A program made the position numbers and the translations under genes. From Alkanindiges sp. WGS2144 (GTDB taxonomy: Bacteria; Pseudomonadota; Gammaproteobacteria; Pseudomonadales; Moraxellaceae), in the NCBI RefSeq assembly GCF_043950625.1, contig NZ_CP171007.1: a stretch of DNA of 32,000 nt; one strand, given 5' to 3'. Within the stretch, counting starts at the first letter, position 1. Each line of letters opens with the position of its first letter. Positions 18,312 through 26,895 of this stretch are shown here, piece after piece. Under the pieces are notes generated by a model. It was given only the letters and a program-made list of their open reading frames with translations, was not told where the DNA came from and ran no database searches.

Positions 18312-18507
18312 CAGCACATTTGAGCCAGCTCAGCGTCAGCATGTCAGCTGTGTATAGTCTATTTTAAGCCTTCATTTTAAATGGTTAATAGCGTCTTTTA
18401 AAATGTATCGCAGCCCTGCCCCTGTCGATCGATAAACATGCTAACCACATGGTGATCAGGGGCAATTTCAGGTATAATTGTTTGCTAAAAAATTTAAGGT
18501 AAATACC

Positions 18508-18873
18508 ATGTGGCTTGCCATTGCAGCAATTAATCTGGCGCTTGCAGTGTGTCTGGGTGCATTTGGCGCTCACGGTCTAAAAAGTCGTGCTACAGCTGAG
18601 CAACTGGTCTGGTGGCATACTGCGACTGAATACTTTTTTTATCATGCACTGGGCTTATTAGCTGTTGGCATACTGATAAAACTTTTACCTTCTGTCTCCT
18701 TTAAGCTGCCTGCAAGCTTGCTACAGCTTGGCATTATTATCTTTTGTGGTTCCTTATACCTCATGGCGCTGGGTGCACCGCGCTGGTTTGGTGCTATTAC
18801 TCCACTGGGCGGCCTTGCCATGATTATGGGCTGGCTTAGCCTTGCAGTGCTTATATTTCGGGCAAATATATGA
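18508..18873 (+). CDS. DUF423 (YgdD-like) small inner-membrane protein
   Basis: The N-terminus reads MWLAIAAINLALAVCLGAFGAHGLK. There are four hydrophobic segments. AAGG lies upstream of the ATG at 18508. The track start TTG at 18478 lies within a TATAAT-like element (18473-18478). Confidence 0.8.
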   Translation: MWLAIAAINLALAVCLGAFGAHGLKSRATAEQLVWWHTATEYFFYHALGLLAVGILIKLLPSVSFKLPASLLQLGIIIFCGSLYLMALGAPRWFGAITPLGGLAMIMGWLSLAVLIFRANI

Positions 18874-19067
18874 AGATTTATATTAATGGTGAAGCCAGAC
18901 AGGTTCAGGCCAGCACACTGACCGAGCTGCTGACCGAGCTGGGCTTGCAGGATAAACGTATTGCAGTTGAATTAAACCAGCAGCTCATTCCAAAGAGTCG
19001 CCATGCCGAAACCCGGTTATATGATGAGGCCAAGATTGAAATTATTCAGGCAGTGGGCGGAGGATAA
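18870..19067 (+). CDS. thiS: Sulfur-carrier protein ThiS
   Basis: The protein is 65 aa with a ubiquitin-like size and a C-terminal GGG. Its start overlaps the DUF423 stop (ATGA), and it is directly followed by thiG. Confidence 0.9.
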   Translation: MKIYINGEARQVQASTLTELLTELGLQDKRIAVELNQQLIPKSRHAETRLYDEAKIEIIQAVGGG

Positions 19068-19070
19068 GCC

Positions 19071-19874
19071 ATGGAACACTATCTAGCGGAATTTGATTCA
19101 CCGCTAACAATTGGCTCACGACAATTTAGTTCACGTTTGCTGGTGGGCACTGGCAAATACACGGATATGCAAGAAACTGGCATGGCCATTGCCGCCAGTG
19201 GTGCACAGATTGTGACGGTAGCCATTCGCCGGGTTAATATTGGACAGGATGTGAATCAACCCAATTTACTGTCGGTTATTCCACCCGATCAATATACCAT
19301 TTTACCCAATACCGCCGGCTGCTTTGATGCTGATAGTGCGGTGCGTACCTGTATGCTGGCGCGTGAGTTACTTGATGGCCATAATCTGGTGAAACTGGAA
19401 GTGCTTGGCGATCAAAAAACCTTATACCCTAATGTGGTAGAAACCTTGAAAGCCGCACGCACCCTGATTGACGATGGCTTTGAGGTCATGGTGTATACCT
19501 CGGACGACCCTATTATTGCCCAGGAACTGGAAAACATGGGCTGCGTGGCGGTAATGCCTCTGGGCAGTTTAATTGGTTCTGGTCTAGGGCTAACCAATCC
19601 ACACAATATTCGCCTGATTCTGGAAAATGCCCAGGTACCTATTATTGTGGATGCGGGCGTGGGTACAGCCAGTGACGCTGCCATTGCCATGGAGCTTGGC
19701 TGTGCAGGTGTACTGATGAATACTGCTATTGCTGCGGCACAAAAGCCGATACTGATGGCCTCTGCCATGAAAAAAGCTGTAGAAGCCGGACGTGAAGCCT
19801 TTTTGGCAGGACGTATGGCCAAAAAACCTTATGCAGCGGCCAGCTCTCCTGAAACAGGCTATTTCTTTAAGTAG
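19071..19874 (+). CDS. thiG: Thiazole synthase
   Basis: The protein is 267 aa with full-length ThiG similarity: [27 protein letters not shown] and DAGVG..SDAA.AMELG. Confidence 0.97.
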   Translation: MEHYLAEFDSPLTIGSRQFSSRLLVGTGKYTDMQETGMAIAASGAQIVTVAIRRVNIGQDVNQPNLLSVIPPDQYTILPNTAGCFDADSAVRTCMLARELLDGHNLVKLEVLGDQKTLYPNVVETLKAARTLIDDGFEVMVYTSDDPIIAQELENMGCVAVMPLGSLIGSGLGLTNPHNIRLILENAQVPIIVDAGVGTASDAAIAMELGCAGVLMNTAIAAAQKPILMASAMKKAVEAGREAFLAGRMAKKPYAAASSPETGYFFK

Positions 19875-19918
19875 CAGGGTATTTAAATAGTAAGTCTGGA
19901 ATAAAAGAATTTAAAATC

Positions 19919-19944
19919 AGGGCATGACAGCATGCCCTTTTTTA
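19919..19944 (+). terminator. Rho-independent terminator after thiG
   Basis: The sequence is AGGGCATG-ACAG-CATGCCCT followed by TTTTTTA. It lies between the convergent genes thiG and epmA. Confidence 0.75.
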
Positions 19945-19967
19945 TCCCCGTTTTCCTGAACCTTCAT

Positions 19968-20942
19968 TTAAGTCAGCGATGCTGGAAAGCTGATCACCTG
20001 CTCAATACGCTGGGTGTTTAACAGCACCATCAGCAGGCGATCCAGCCCCAGGGCAATGCCAGCACATGGTGGGAAATGCGCTAAAGCCTTAAGTAAATGT
20101 TCATCCACTGGCACTACGGGTAGCTCGCGCTGGCTACGTTCCAGATTATCCGCTGCGAAGCGTCTGGCCTGTTCCTGACTGTCAGCCAGCTCATCATAGG
20201 CGTTGGCAAGTTCCAGGCCATCAATATACAGCTCAAAGCGTGCGGCGACGGGTATACCTTCTTCATCAGTTCTGACCTTGGCCAGCGATGCCATCTCTGC
20301 CGGAAAATCGGTTAAAAATACGGGCTGATTGTAGCCCAGAGTTGGCTCAACAAAGTGCGAAAACAGTACATCCAGCCAGGCCAGGCGGTCGTCGGCCAGA
20401 TCGATGCTCAAGCCTACCCGCTGCGAGGTTTTTTTTAATAACTCAACATCCGCAGTGAGGGGATTAATATCCAGCCGATGCTGAAAAGCCTCCTTGTAGC
20501 TTAAGGTTTCAGGCGCAACCGGATAGTCAAGAATACAGGTCAGCAAGTCGGTTACTTCCTGCATGAGCTGGTTTAAATCAAAATCCGGGCGGTACCACTC
20601 CAGCATGGAAAACTCACTGTTGTGCTTACGGCCATGCTCATCATCCCGAAAGACCTTACAGATTTGATAGATTGGCCCGCTACCACTGGCAACCAGCCGT
20701 TTCATGGCAAATTCGGGCGAAGTCTGCAAGTAGGCAGTTTTTAGCTGACCATACAAATGACGCTGTGCGGTTATGGAAACCAGATGCACATCAGTTACTG
20801 CAGCGCTGGATAAAAGGGGCGTTTCTACCTCTAGCACATCACGCCTGCGAAAAAAATCACGGATTTGCTGGTATAACCGCGCACGTGCCCGGATTGCCTG
20901 TAAACTAGCAGTAGGGCCAAAGCCTGATGGATTCTGGTTCAT
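19968..20942 (-). CDS. epmA: Elongation factor P--(R)-beta-lysine ligase (EpmA/GenX/PoxA)
   Basis: The sequence shows a class II LysRS-like catalytic core without an anticodon domain: EVETP.L, LQTSPEFAMKRL, CKVFRDDE.GR.H..EF.MLEWY and GIALGLDRL. I prefer the ATG at 20942 (GAGG upstream; MNQNPSG...) over the track start at 21053, which overlaps pdxB. Confidence 0.85.
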   Translation of the reverse strand: MNQNPSGFGPTASLQAIRARARLYQQIRDFFRRRDVLEVETPLLSSAAVTDVHLVSITAQRHLYGQLKTAYLQTSPEFAMKRLVASGSGPIYQICKVFRDDEHGRKHNSEFSMLEWYRPDFDLNQLMQEVTDLLTCILDYPVAPETLSYKEAFQHRLDINPLTADVELLKKTSQRVGLSIDLADDRLAWLDVLFSHFVEPTLGYNQPVFLTDFPAEMASLAKVRTDEEGIPVAARFELYIDGLELANAYDELADSQEQARRFAADNLERSQRELPVVPVDEHLLKALAHFPPCAGIALGLDRLLMVLLNTQRIEQVISFPASLT

Positions 20943-20958
20943 GCTGACTACCTCTGCT

Positions 20959-22086
20959 TTAGGCCTGATCCCCATAGGCTGCCCACTCACGGCGTAAGGG
21001 ATAGGTTTTTCGTAGATCATCAAAATGCTGGGCATCAACCAGCCCCTGCACATTTATGCCTGCACGCAATGCCCGGTCATCAGCCCGTATATCATATAAA
21101 TTAGGCAATAGGGGCAATAACTGCCGGTTTAAAGACTCGCTGGCCTCAAATACCTGAGGCATATCAGGTAGCTGGCTTTCAAAATTTTTGTCAGCCGCCT
21201 TTAGTCCAAAGTGCTGACAAAAAGCCTCATACACCATTTGGGTACCACGAGCCTTACCTTCCAGACTGTAGCCAGCAATATGTGGCGTGGCCAGTGCCAG
21301 TCGGTCAAGCAAGGTCTGGCTAATCACTGGCTCATGCTCAAACACATCCAGCACCACCTGACGTGGATTATTTGCCAGCTCCCGAAGCAAGGCTGCTTCT
21401 TGCACCACCGCACCACGTGCCGAGTTAATCAGTAGGCAATCGGGTTTCATCTGGCTAAACGCAGTGTCATTGATTAAATGATAGGTCGCATCAGGGCCGG
21501 TAGTGGTTAAGGGAACATGCAGGCTTATGGCATCCGCCTGAGTCAGTACCTGCTCCAGACTAAGATTTTCAATGCCAGCCAGTTGCACATGCGGGTCTGT
21601 GCCAATAACATGCCAGCCTAGCCGCTGTGCAAGCTGAGCCAGACGCTTGCCTACATTGCCCAAACCAATAATTCCCAGACAAAACTGCTCCCCGGCCTGC
21701 ACCTGATGCGGTTGCAGGGTTAAAATGGCGGTTACCACATACTCTGCTACAGCCTGTGCATTGCAACCGGGTGCGTGGCTAACCTGAATATTGGCTGCCG
21801 CCAGGCCTGCCAGATCAATGTGATCGGTGCCTATGGTTGCGCTACCTACAAATTCCACAGGTGTATCTGCCAGCAGCTGCGGGCTGACTTTGGTGACTGA
21901 ACGCACTAAAAGGGCGCGAGCCTGCTTTAGGTCACTAGTACTAATGCCACGTCCGGCTTGATATTGAATATGAGCCAGATCAGCAAAAAAGTAATCGGCC
22001 AATGCCAGATTTTCATCAGCAATAATGTTCAAGTCCGCAGATCCTGTTGATTTATAGGTTGAATGCTGCCACGCAATCTTATTCAC
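20959..22086 (-). CDS. pdxB: 4-phosphoerythronate dehydrogenase
   Basis: The sequence aligns with E. coli PdxB: DEN, VRSVTKV, GSATIGTDHID, APGCNA.AVAEYV, IIGLGNVG, HIAGYSLEGKARGT and a C-terminal dimerisation region. The start is uncertain. The GVG-type option is GTG at 22086, which overlaps the ybbP-like stop by 8 nt. The alternative is TTG at 22032 (reads MNIIADENL, AGGA upstream), which better matches the E. coli N-terminus. Confidence 0.9.
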   Translation of the reverse strand: MNKIAWQHSTYKSTGSADLNIIADENLALADYFFADLAHIQYQAGRGISTSDLKQARALLVRSVTKVSPQLLADTPVEFVGSATIGTDHIDLAGLAAANIQVSHAPGCNAQAVAEYVVTAILTLQPHQVQAGEQFCLGIIGLGNVGKRLAQLAQRLGWHVIGTDPHVQLAGIENLSLEQVLTQADAISLHVPLTTTGPDATYHLINDTAFSQMKPDCLLINSARGAVVQEAALLRELANNPRQVVLDVFEHEPVISQTLLDRLALATPHIAGYSLEGKARGTQMVYEAFCQHFGLKAADKNFESQLPDMPQVFEASESLNRQLLPLLPNLYDIRADDRALRAGINVQGLVDAQHFDDLRKTYPLRREWAAYGDQA

Positions 22087-24508
22087 GCCGCAGGATAATT
22101 AAGGGTGAGGTGTTCCATAGCGGCCGCAAGCGATATTGTCCAATCAGCACCGCCAATACCAGCATCAGTAATGGAAGCACAATCCACCACATAATATGCA
22201 GTGTAAATGGGATATTCAAACGCCACGCCATGAGCGCGGCAATGCTTTGCGCCAGCACCACAGCCATCATACCAGCCATTATCCCAATAAGCCCCATTTC
22301 CACGGTTAAACGCTGGCGCAATTGGCTACGTGACAGGCCAATAACCCGCAGTAACACCACTTCCGGCTTGCGCTGGTCAACCAGCAGTTGCAGACTGGCC
22401 AATAACACCAGCACTCCCGCCAGGGATACCAGCACGGCCAGCAGGGTCAGCGCCTGCCCCAATACTGCCATCAGGCGGCGCACCTCATTTAAAATCATCT
22501 CGACATCAATAAAAACGGTGGTCGGGAAATCGGCTATTACCTGAGCAAGCTGATGCTGCTGACCGGGCGGCACATAAAAACTGCCCAGATAACTGCCTGC
22601 AAACTCATCCATGCTGCCGGGCGAATAAATAAAAAAGAAATTTGGGCTAAAACTATCCCAGTTGACACTGCGAATGCTCACCACTTTGGCATTCATATTG
22701 CCTTCGGGCAGGCTCATGCTCAAGGTATCACCCAGCTGGATATTCAGGTTTTCAGCAGTTTTTTGCTCCACGGAAACCTGATTTTTACCATTAAACAACT
22801 TACCCGATAATACACTGTTATCAACCGGAAACTGGCTGGACTGGGTTAAATTAAGCTCTCGTCGCAAACTATTGTGCTGCTTAATTTGCTCGGCACTAAA
22901 TGGCTGGCTATTTTTAGCCACCAAACGACCCTTAATATTGGGATAAAGTGGCGTGCCCTGCCATTGCTGCTGTTGTAAGCGCTGGACAAAATCATCTTTC
23001 TGGTCAGGGGGCAGACCATAAACAAACTGGTTTGGCGTACCCGGTGGCAGACTGTGCTGCCAGCGCTGCATCAGATCATGACGCAAAAACAGCAAAATGC
23101 TCAGCAAGCCCAGTCCCAGCGACAACGCTAGTATTTGCAGGCCCATCTGTTTTGGCTCACGAATATAAAGCTGCCCCCATGTGGTATGCCGTAATAGCCA
23201 CAAACCGGACAAAACAACCAGGTATAAAACGCCAAACACAACCAGTAAACCCAAGAGCAGGCTTAAGCTTAATCCGGGTTTGCCGGTCTGTACCAGCAAA
23301 AATACCAGCAGTGCCGTGAACGCACTGCCAGCGATGAATATTTTGATCCAGCCGTTACGCGCATCAATCCGGCGAATAACCCGTAAAGGTGAGGCATAAA
23401 TCAGCCGCAGCAGGTCTGGCAGTGCAAAACCCAGCAAGAGTACTGTGGCTGTAAAAATACCGGTTAATAAAGGTTTGCCCAGCAATAGCACCGGCTGGAA
23501 AGCCAGCTCAAGCGCTGGCAAGGCATGCTGCAAAATTTTTAATATGCCATAGGCCACCGCAGCACCAGCTAACATGCCACTCAAGCTAGCAGCTCCAAGC
23601 AGCAGCAATAATAACCCTGCATACACTGCACTTAACTGTCGGTGGCTCGCTCCCAGACAGCGCAGCATGGCAAAATGATCCAGTTGCTCATTCACATAGC
23701 GCTGACATGCCAGCGCAATGGCAACACCACAGAGCAGCATGGTCATAATGCTGGCAATATGAGCATAATCCTCCAGTAGACGTATCGGGCGCATTAAGCG
23801 AGTATTACCCTGACTGGCCACACGCAGCTGCATTCCCTGTGCCAGCTTGCCCTCATAGGCTTTTTGAAAAGCCGCTACCTGCTGGGCAGTACCAGTCAGC
23901 ATCAGGCGATAATCAATCCGGCTACCCACCTGTACTGCCTGGGTTGCCGCAACATCGGCCTGATGAATAATCACCGTGGGAGAAAAACCGCTCATCCCGG
24001 TTTCCTGGTTTGGATCGCGCGTTATGGCAGCAGCCACCTTAAAGCTGGCATCACCAATCCTGACCTGATCGCCATTTTTGACATTTAGCAAGTCAAATAA
24101 ACGCGGGCTTAACCACACAGTTTGCCGCTCTGGAACGCCCTGACTCCCCACCACCGGCTGAACATTAAGCTCACCCCGTAATGGAAAACCAGCGTCTACT
24201 GCCTTGACATTGACCAGTACAAACTGCTCACCAGCCTGCGCCATGCTGCTAAATACCAAAGCTGAATTAGTGCTGAGCTGGAGTTTTTCAGCACGTTGCT
24301 GCCATATCGTATCAATAGGCTGATTGCTGCTTAGCACCAAATCACCTGCCAGCATTTGTCCCGCCTGCTGGTTAATGGCAATCCTTAGGCTATCAGTAGT
24401 AAAACGCAATGCAGTGGTTGAGGTTACTGCCAAAATGAGGGCAACCAGTAGCACCCAGATACCACGACCTGCCCGGCTCTGGCGCAGCATGAGAATAAAT
24501 AACCCCAT
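22079..24508 (-). CDS. FtsX-family ABC transporter permease, YbbP-like (two FtsX domains, about 10 TM)
   Basis: The protein is 809 aa and highly hydrophobic, with two repeated halves. It starts 3 nt after the stop of the YbbA-like ATPase. The tesA / ybbA-ybbP synteny matches E. coli. Confidence 0.85.
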   Translation of the reverse strand: MGLFILMLRQSRAGRGIWVLLVALILAVTSTTALRFTTDSLRIAINQQAGQMLAGDLVLSSNQPIDTIWQQRAEKLQLSTNSALVFSSMAQAGEQFVLVNVKAVDAGFPLRGELNVQPVVGSQGVPERQTVWLSPRLFDLLNVKNGDQVRIGDASFKVAAAITRDPNQETGMSGFSPTVIIHQADVAATQAVQVGSRIDYRLMLTGTAQQVAAFQKAYEGKLAQGMQLRVASQGNTRLMRPIRLLEDYAHIASIMTMLLCGVAIALACQRYVNEQLDHFAMLRCLGASHRQLSAVYAGLLLLLLGAASLSGMLAGAAVAYGILKILQHALPALELAFQPVLLLGKPLLTGIFTATVLLLGFALPDLLRLIYASPLRVIRRIDARNGWIKIFIAGSAFTALLVFLLVQTGKPGLSLSLLLGLLVVFGVLYLVVLSGLWLLRHTTWGQLYIREPKQMGLQILALSLGLGLLSILLFLRHDLMQRWQHSLPPGTPNQFVYGLPPDQKDDFVQRLQQQQWQGTPLYPNIKGRLVAKNSQPFSAEQIKQHNSLRRELNLTQSSQFPVDNSVLSGKLFNGKNQVSVEQKTAENLNIQLGDTLSMSLPEGNMNAKVVSIRSVNWDSFSPNFFFIYSPGSMDEFAGSYLGSFYVPPGQQHQLAQVIADFPTTVFIDVEMILNEVRRLMAVLGQALTLLAVLVSLAGVLVLLASLQLLVDQRKPEVVLLRVIGLSRSQLRQRLTVEMGLIGIMAGMMAVVLAQSIAALMAWRLNIPFTLHIMWWIVLPLLMLVLAVLIGQYRLRPLWNTSPLIILRRE

Positions 24509-24511
24509 GAA

Positions 24512-25321
24512 CTACCCCTCAGCCTGCCCAAAGTTAACCAGCCCCGCTTCATCCTGAAAACGTCCATCCTGCAAATGTAGCTGCCGGCCACAACGTCTAG
24601 CCAGTTTTAAGTCGTGGGTCACCAGTACCAGCGTGGTGCCATGTTCACGGTTCAGCTCAAATAGCAAATTTTCAATATCCTGTGCGGTGTGCTCATCCAG
24701 ATTGCCGGTCGGTTCATCAGCAAAAATGACCTGTGGCTCAGTGACCAGTGCCCGTGCTATGGCAACCCGCTGCTGCTCTCCGCCTGACAGCACCCGTGGC
24801 GTTTGCAACATACGCTGGCCCAGACCAACACGTTCTAATAATTGCTGGCTACGCCGCTTTGCCTGTCTGGGTGAGACTTGTTTGCTTAAGGTCAACGGCA
24901 GCATGACATTATCTAGTGCCGACAAATGCCCAAGCAGCTGAAAGGACTGAAAAACAAAACCCACATAATGCAGGCGTACTTTGGCACGCTGATCCTCGTT
25001 CATCTCATGCAAAGGCTGACCACACAAAAAAACCTGCCCACTGGTGGCATGATCAAGGCCAGCCAGTAACCCCAGCAAGGTGGACTTGCCTGAACCGGAA
25101 CGACCCGTAATAGCCACCTGCTCGCCAGTCCGGATGCACATATCCAATTGGTGCAAAATAGTCAACTCATCGGTGGCTGTCTTCACTTTTTGTTCAAGCT
25201 GCCGGGCTGTAAGCACAAATTCTGCCGGGCTGACACGATTTATAACAACATGATCTGGCTGAATTTGTTTTAATGAAGCGGGTTGAGAAAGTTGATTGAG
25301 CATATGAAATTTCCTGGACAA
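24512..25321 (-). CDS. ABC transporter ATP-binding protein, YbbA-like
   Basis: Walker A is GRSGSGKST, the signature is LSGGEQQRVAIARAL and Walker B is VIFADEPTGNLD. The sequence aligns with E. coli YbbA. The start is ambiguous: TTG at 25321, ATG at 25303, or a downstream GVG-type GTG. With the first two options the N-terminus is about 35 aa longer than in E. coli YbbA. Confidence 0.85.
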   Translation of the reverse strand: MSRKFHMLNQLSQPASLKQIQPDHVVINRVSPAEFVLTARQLEQKVKTATDELTILHQLDMCIRTGEQVAITGRSGSGKSTLLGLLAGLDHATSGQVFLCGQPLHEMNEDQRAKVRLHYVGFVFQSFQLLGHLSALDNVMLPLTLSKQVSPRQAKRRSQQLLERVGLGQRMLQTPRVLSGGEQQRVAIARALVTEPQVIFADEPTGNLDEHTAQDIENLLFELNREHGTTLVLVTHDLKLARRCGRQLHLQDGRFQDEAGLVNFGQAEG

Positions 25322-25957
25322 AACGTGCTATTGTCATCATTAAAATCGTTCACACTGTGGCTTGTTCCTGGCTTGTCCCTGTTGTTGGTCAGTACCATCG
25401 CATCCGCCAAAACTGTACTGATTCTAGGAGATAGCATTAGCGCAGGCTATGGCATTAATGTAGAACAAGGCTGGGTTACCAAATTACAGCAGCGGCTGGA
25501 TCAAAAATATCCAAAACAACATCAGGTCATTAATGCCAGTGTGAGCGGCGAAACCACATCAGGGGCACTGGCTCGTCTACCCAAACTGTTGAGTACCTAT
25601 AAACCCCATATTGTAGTGATTGAACTGGGCGGCAATGATGCCCTGCGCGGCCAGCCACCAGCCAGCATTCAAAACAACCTGAACCGGCTGGTGACCTTAA
25701 GCAAAAATGCCAAAGCCAAACCTATTTTGCTGGGCATGAAAATTCCACCCAATTATGGAGCAGCTTACAGCAAGGCATTTGAACAAACGTATCGCACCGT
25801 GGCGACCAACCACAAGGTAACTTTGCTCCCCTTTTTTCTACAGGGAGTGGCGGGCAATAACAAACTAATGCAACAAGATCTGGTACACCCTACAGCCAGC
25901 GCACAAGCCAGACTGCTGGACAATGCCTGGCCATTCATTGAACCAGCACTTAAATAA
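25304..25957 (+). CDS. tesA: SGNH/GDSL hydrolase TesA (acyl-CoA thioesterase I / lysophospholipase L1 type), secreted
   Basis: Block I is LILGDSISAGYG, block III is GGNDALRG and block V is DLVHPT. A signal peptide ends ..STIASA|KT. The gene is divergent from ybbA, as in E. coli. Possible starts are ATG 25304 (the track TTG at 25283 is unlikely), GTG 25325 or TTG 25331. Confidence 0.85.
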   Translation: MKFPGQNVLLSSLKSFTLWLVPGLSLLLVSTIASAKTVLILGDSISAGYGINVEQGWVTKLQQRLDQKYPKQHQVINASVSGETTSGALARLPKLLSTYKPHIVVIELGGNDALRGQPPASIQNNLNRLVTLSKNAKAKPILLGMKIPPNYGAAYSKAFEQTYRTVATNHKVTLLPFFLQGVAGNNKLMQQDLVHPTASAQARLLDNAWPFIEPALK

Positions 25958-26023
25958 AACCCGGACGATAAAAAGGGGCTCTTGCAATAGCCCCTTATCT
26001 GTTTTTTAAATCAGCGCTCAATT

Positions 26024-26638
26024 CTACATATCAAAGAATTCAACCTCGCCAGTTTCTATGGCATATTCAGCACCTACCACCTTGATTTGTCCTTTTAAAA
26101 TCATCTGCTCCAGCATTGCCGAACCGTGACGCAACTGGTTAACTGAAGCCTGTACATTGGCACGCACCGCATATTTGGACAGTTTTTTAAGGTCATGGCG
26201 CAGTTCAGTATGCATTAAAATTTCCACTGATGGACGCACCCGGTTCACAATTGACATCAGGCTTCTGGAGGTTTTGCCATTGGGTTGACGCAAGGCGTCA
26301 ATAGCAGCCTGAATTGCCCCACAATGTGAATGCCCGAGTACGACGACAAGTGGCGTACCGCAATATTCAGCAGCAAACTCCACACTGCCAACTTGCGAGG
26401 GAGCAACAATATTTCCCGCCACCCGGATAACAAACAAATCACCCAGTCCCTGATTAAAAATAATTTCCGCCGGTACCCGTGAGTCTGAACAACCCAGAAT
26501 TACAGCAAATGGATGCTGCTCCTGAGCCAGAGTAGCACGTTCAACCAGACTTAAATGGGTATCTTTGTGCGGTTTGCCTTCTACAAACTCTTTATTACCC
26601 TGTTTTAAACGCTCAAGGGCCTCTTGCGCAGAAATCAT
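26024..26638 (-). CDS. Beta-class carbonic anhydrase
   Basis: The zinc-ligand motifs CSDSRVP and HSHCGA are present. The protein is 204 aa. Confidence 0.9.
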   Translation of the reverse strand: MISAQEALERLKQGNKEFVEGKPHKDTHLSLVERATLAQEQHPFAVILGCSDSRVPAEIIFNQGLGDLFVIRVAGNIVAPSQVGSVEFAAEYCGTPLVVVLGHSHCGAIQAAIDALRQPNGKTSRSLMSIVNRVRPSVEILMHTELRHDLKKLSKYAVRANVQASVNQLRHGSAMLEQMILKGQIKVVGAEYAIETGEVEFFDM

Positions 26639-26895
26639 ATTGTTTGAACCGGATTCTGATAAAAATAATCGGCTTTATTATATATAAAATATGCCTTTTT
26701 GCTGATGGCTCATCCAATTTTATACAAAAAAAGTCAAAGCAATGACAGCAGTTCTGATAGCAGGCGCAGTACCAGCAAATGCTAAAATTAATAAATTTGC
26801 AACACTTACCCACAAAACAAGAACCGTTGAGCGTCCAGAAAGTAATGCATGGGCTCTACAATACCCGGTGTTTTTTGAAATTAATTTAAGGTGAC

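Noticed and set aside
18312-18507. A TPP riboswitch might lie upstream of DUF423-thiS-thiG. The same question applies to thiE upstream, 5356-5510.
   Set aside because: Neither region contains the conserved THI-box core (CUGAGA plus ACCUGAUCUGGAUAAUGCCAGCG-like P4/P5). The partial resemblance UUCUGGUUAAGUGCAGCAG near 5400-5420 actually belongs to the terminator stem.
26613-26813. A Cys-rich 66-aa ORF on the minus strand (MGKCCKFINFSICWYCACYQNCCHC...) could have been a small Cys-rich peptide or bacteriocin-like gene.
   Set aside because: It overlaps the 5' end of the carbonic anhydrase gene in another frame, has no RBS, and its composition is a by-product of an AT-rich intergenic sequence.
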